From the NCBI GenBank assembly GCA_040081625.1, contig JBEBGD010000033.1, positions 1 through 50,526 on the forward strand: 50,526 nt of DNA. The letters run 5' to 3'. The notes under the pieces were generated by a model, which was given only the letters and a program-made list of their open reading frames with translations, did no database searches and was not told the origin of the DNA. A program made the translations under genes and the position numbers. Positions 25,601 to 28,600 of the stretch are shown here, piece by piece (the first letter of the stretch is position 1; each line of letters starts with the position of its first letter). This DNA comes from Chthoniobacteraceae bacterium. Lineage in GTDB: Bacteria; Verrucomicrobiota; Verrucomicrobiia; Chthoniobacterales; Chthoniobacteraceae.

Positions 25601-28600
25601 CACGTCGCGCTGAAGAATCTGACGCAGGGCGGCAACGCTGCGGCGTTCGACTTCGCCGGGCCGGACAAGTATGTCCAGATCGCGGCGGACTCGGTGAAGG
25701 TCGTTGGCGACATCGAGCTGATGGGGCCGTTCTACGTCTTCCAAAACACGTGGGGGCTGCGCGACTTCAAGCTCTCGATCGATACGGTGAACGGGCGCTA
25801 CTCCGGCAAGGTGGACGTGATCACGCCGGCTGGGACGGTCGAGGGGAAGGCGACCATTTCGAAGACCGATTTCTCCGTCGAGCTTTCCACGAAGAAGGAG
25901 CAGTCGATCACGATCGTTGGAATGACGTTCGAGCTGAGCAAGCTGAGCTACCAGTCCGACCGCAAACCGGGCGAAGGCTCGAACGACGATCCGCAGTTCA
26001 GATTGCAAGGCTCGCTCACGTTGCCGACGGCTTTCGTGCTCACCGATCTCGGCGCGCTGAAAGTCACCGTCGATGACACACACGAGCTGCTCGTGAACGG
26101 GGACGGTATCACCTTTGAGGGCGGCGAACTCAAACTGCCCGCGGACAAGAAGCTGAAGCTCTACGGCCTGCTCGAAGTGCAGACGAAGGCCGACACGGCG
26201 CTGGAGATCAACATCCCGAAGTCGGGCGTGAAGTCAGCGAAGCTGACCGGCAGTCTCTTCATCCCGAGCCTCGAGAAGGTCACCGTGGATCTCAGCCACC
26301 CAGGCCAGCACTTCACCATCCGGGAGAAGGCGGGCGGTGGTGTCGAGTATGCGAGCGACATCTCGTTCAAGAAAAAGGAGCTGGAGATTTACGGGCCATG
26401 GAAGCTTGAGGACGTTGAGGTTCGGCTGAAGAAAGACTACGCCGATCCGCTGCCGACGCAGATCACCGGCACTGCGTTCTTCAACACGCCCGCCGTGCCC
26501 GGCTCGCAGGCCGCGCGGCTGAAGACGACGATCGTCTTCGACAAGGGCAAGGTGCAGAGCTTCATGCTCGATAACACGAACGGGAATCCGAACTTCGAGC
26601 TGATCGGCGCGAAGGTGACGGTGAGCCAGCTCAAGCTCGTGCCCGACCAGGCGCCGGGCGTGGGCGCGGATTGGGATCCGAAGGTGACGGTGCAGGGCGA
26701 CATCGAGCTGCCGCTGAGCGTGCTGCCGAATGTCTCGGGCACGGTGAAGTTCGAGATCAAGGGCGGCAACTTTCTGACGATCACGAGCCAGGGCGTGAAA
26801 CTGAACGGCGCGACGGCCTCGCTGCCGGAGTTCACGTTCAATCTCCTCGGCGCGGCCGAGGTGAAGGGGAAGAACCTCAAGCTCGACTTCGTCGAGAACA
26901 GCTCGACGGAAAAGACGTTCAAAATCACCGGCGTGCTCGGGCTGAACTTCCTCAGCTTCGCGGGGCAGAACTCGAATGTGACCGCGGACTTGAGCGGCAA
27001 CCGCTTCCTCAGGATCACGCAGGGCGCGGGTGCGCCGAAGGTCGAACTCGTCGGCAAACTCGAGGCCTCGAACATCGCAATCGCGCCCGGCTTCCGCATC
27101 GTGAGTGCGGAGTTCGGCATCGATCCGAACGCGAAGGAAACCGAAGGCGGCTTCGTGCTGGAGCTGCCGCCGGGATTCAAGGTCGGCGTGAAGGCGAAGT
27201 TCGTGGACGGCAAGATCGACACGATCGGCGTGATCGGCGGCTGGCTCGGCGATGCGAAGAACGGCAGCTTTTCGCCGGTCGATTTCGGCACCGGGCTGCG
27301 GCTCGACGAGATCAAGGGCGAACTGCGCAACATCCAGACGCCGGGCTCGATCGAGTTCGACGGGAAGATCGTTCTCGCGAGCGGGCCGAAGTTCAACGTG
27401 ACGCTGCCGTCGTGGCTCGGCGGGCGCTTGAGCGGGCCGCTGTTCCGGCTCGAAGTCGAAGGGCAACTGAACAAGGATCAGCTCAGCGCGATGGCGAAAC
27501 TCAACGCGCTCGCGCTCGGCAATGCGACGGGCAACGCGAGCTACACTTGGGCGGACAAACACTTCGTGGGCAACCTCAGCTTCAATCTCCTGCCGCTCGG
27601 ATCGGGCCTGGGCAATCTGCTCACGGTGACGACCCAGGCGGAAGTGCTGCCGGCGGGTGACGATGTGAAGTTCACGGTGGACGGCACGGCGATGCTCAAT
27701 CTGCCGAAGATTCCGGGGCTGGACAATTTTCCGGGCTTCTCCGGCAACGGAGAGTTTCATCTGCGCTACGCGAATCGGAAGGCGGAGTTCGAGGCGACGG
27801 CGCACGTGGACTTCGCGGGGCTGCTGCGCGCGGAAGTTGGCGTGCGGATTTACTCGGACGGCCGCGTGGAAATCATCGGGCCGCCGAAGCGCAATCCGAA
27901 CGCGATGCCAATCCCGGCCTTCGGCGCACCGGAAGGCGGCGCGGTCGCGGCGAGTGGTCCGTTTACGGCGGCGCCTGGCGATCTCGAGTTGCCGTTCACC
28001 GTGCTGCCGGGCGACTCACGGCTCATCGTCGCCGCGGGCTGGGCGAATGCGGTGCCGGGGCAGATGCTGCAGCTTCGCTCGCCGAGCGGTGTGACCTACA
28101 GCGAAGGGGACTTCGGTCTGGCGAACGGGCTGATGCTCGCGAGCGTCTTCAACAGCGACTCGACGCGCGGCGTCACGCTCGCGAATCCGGAGGCGGGCGA
28201 GTGGACATTCATCCTGCCGAACGGCGCGGCGCTCGGCGAAGCGGGCCTCGCCGTGTATGTGCCGGGCGAGGCGCCGACGGTGAGCATCACCTCACCGGCG
28301 GTGAACGTGACCAGCGGCGGCATCGTGCCGATCAACTTCGTCGCACACGACGCGGATTCGGTCGCGCGCATCGCGCTCGTCTACACGACGGACCCGAGCG
28401 GCTACGGCGGCGGCTTGATCGTCGATGACATCGCGGAAGGCGACAGCGCGGGGACTTACAATTGGGACACGTCTTCGCTGCCTGCGGGCGACTACTACCT
28501 CTACGCGCTCATCCGCGATGAAAGCAGCGCGTCGGTGCGCTCCGCCTACGCGGCGGGTCGCGTGACGGTGCTCGCGAATCCGACGGGCACGATCGGCGGC

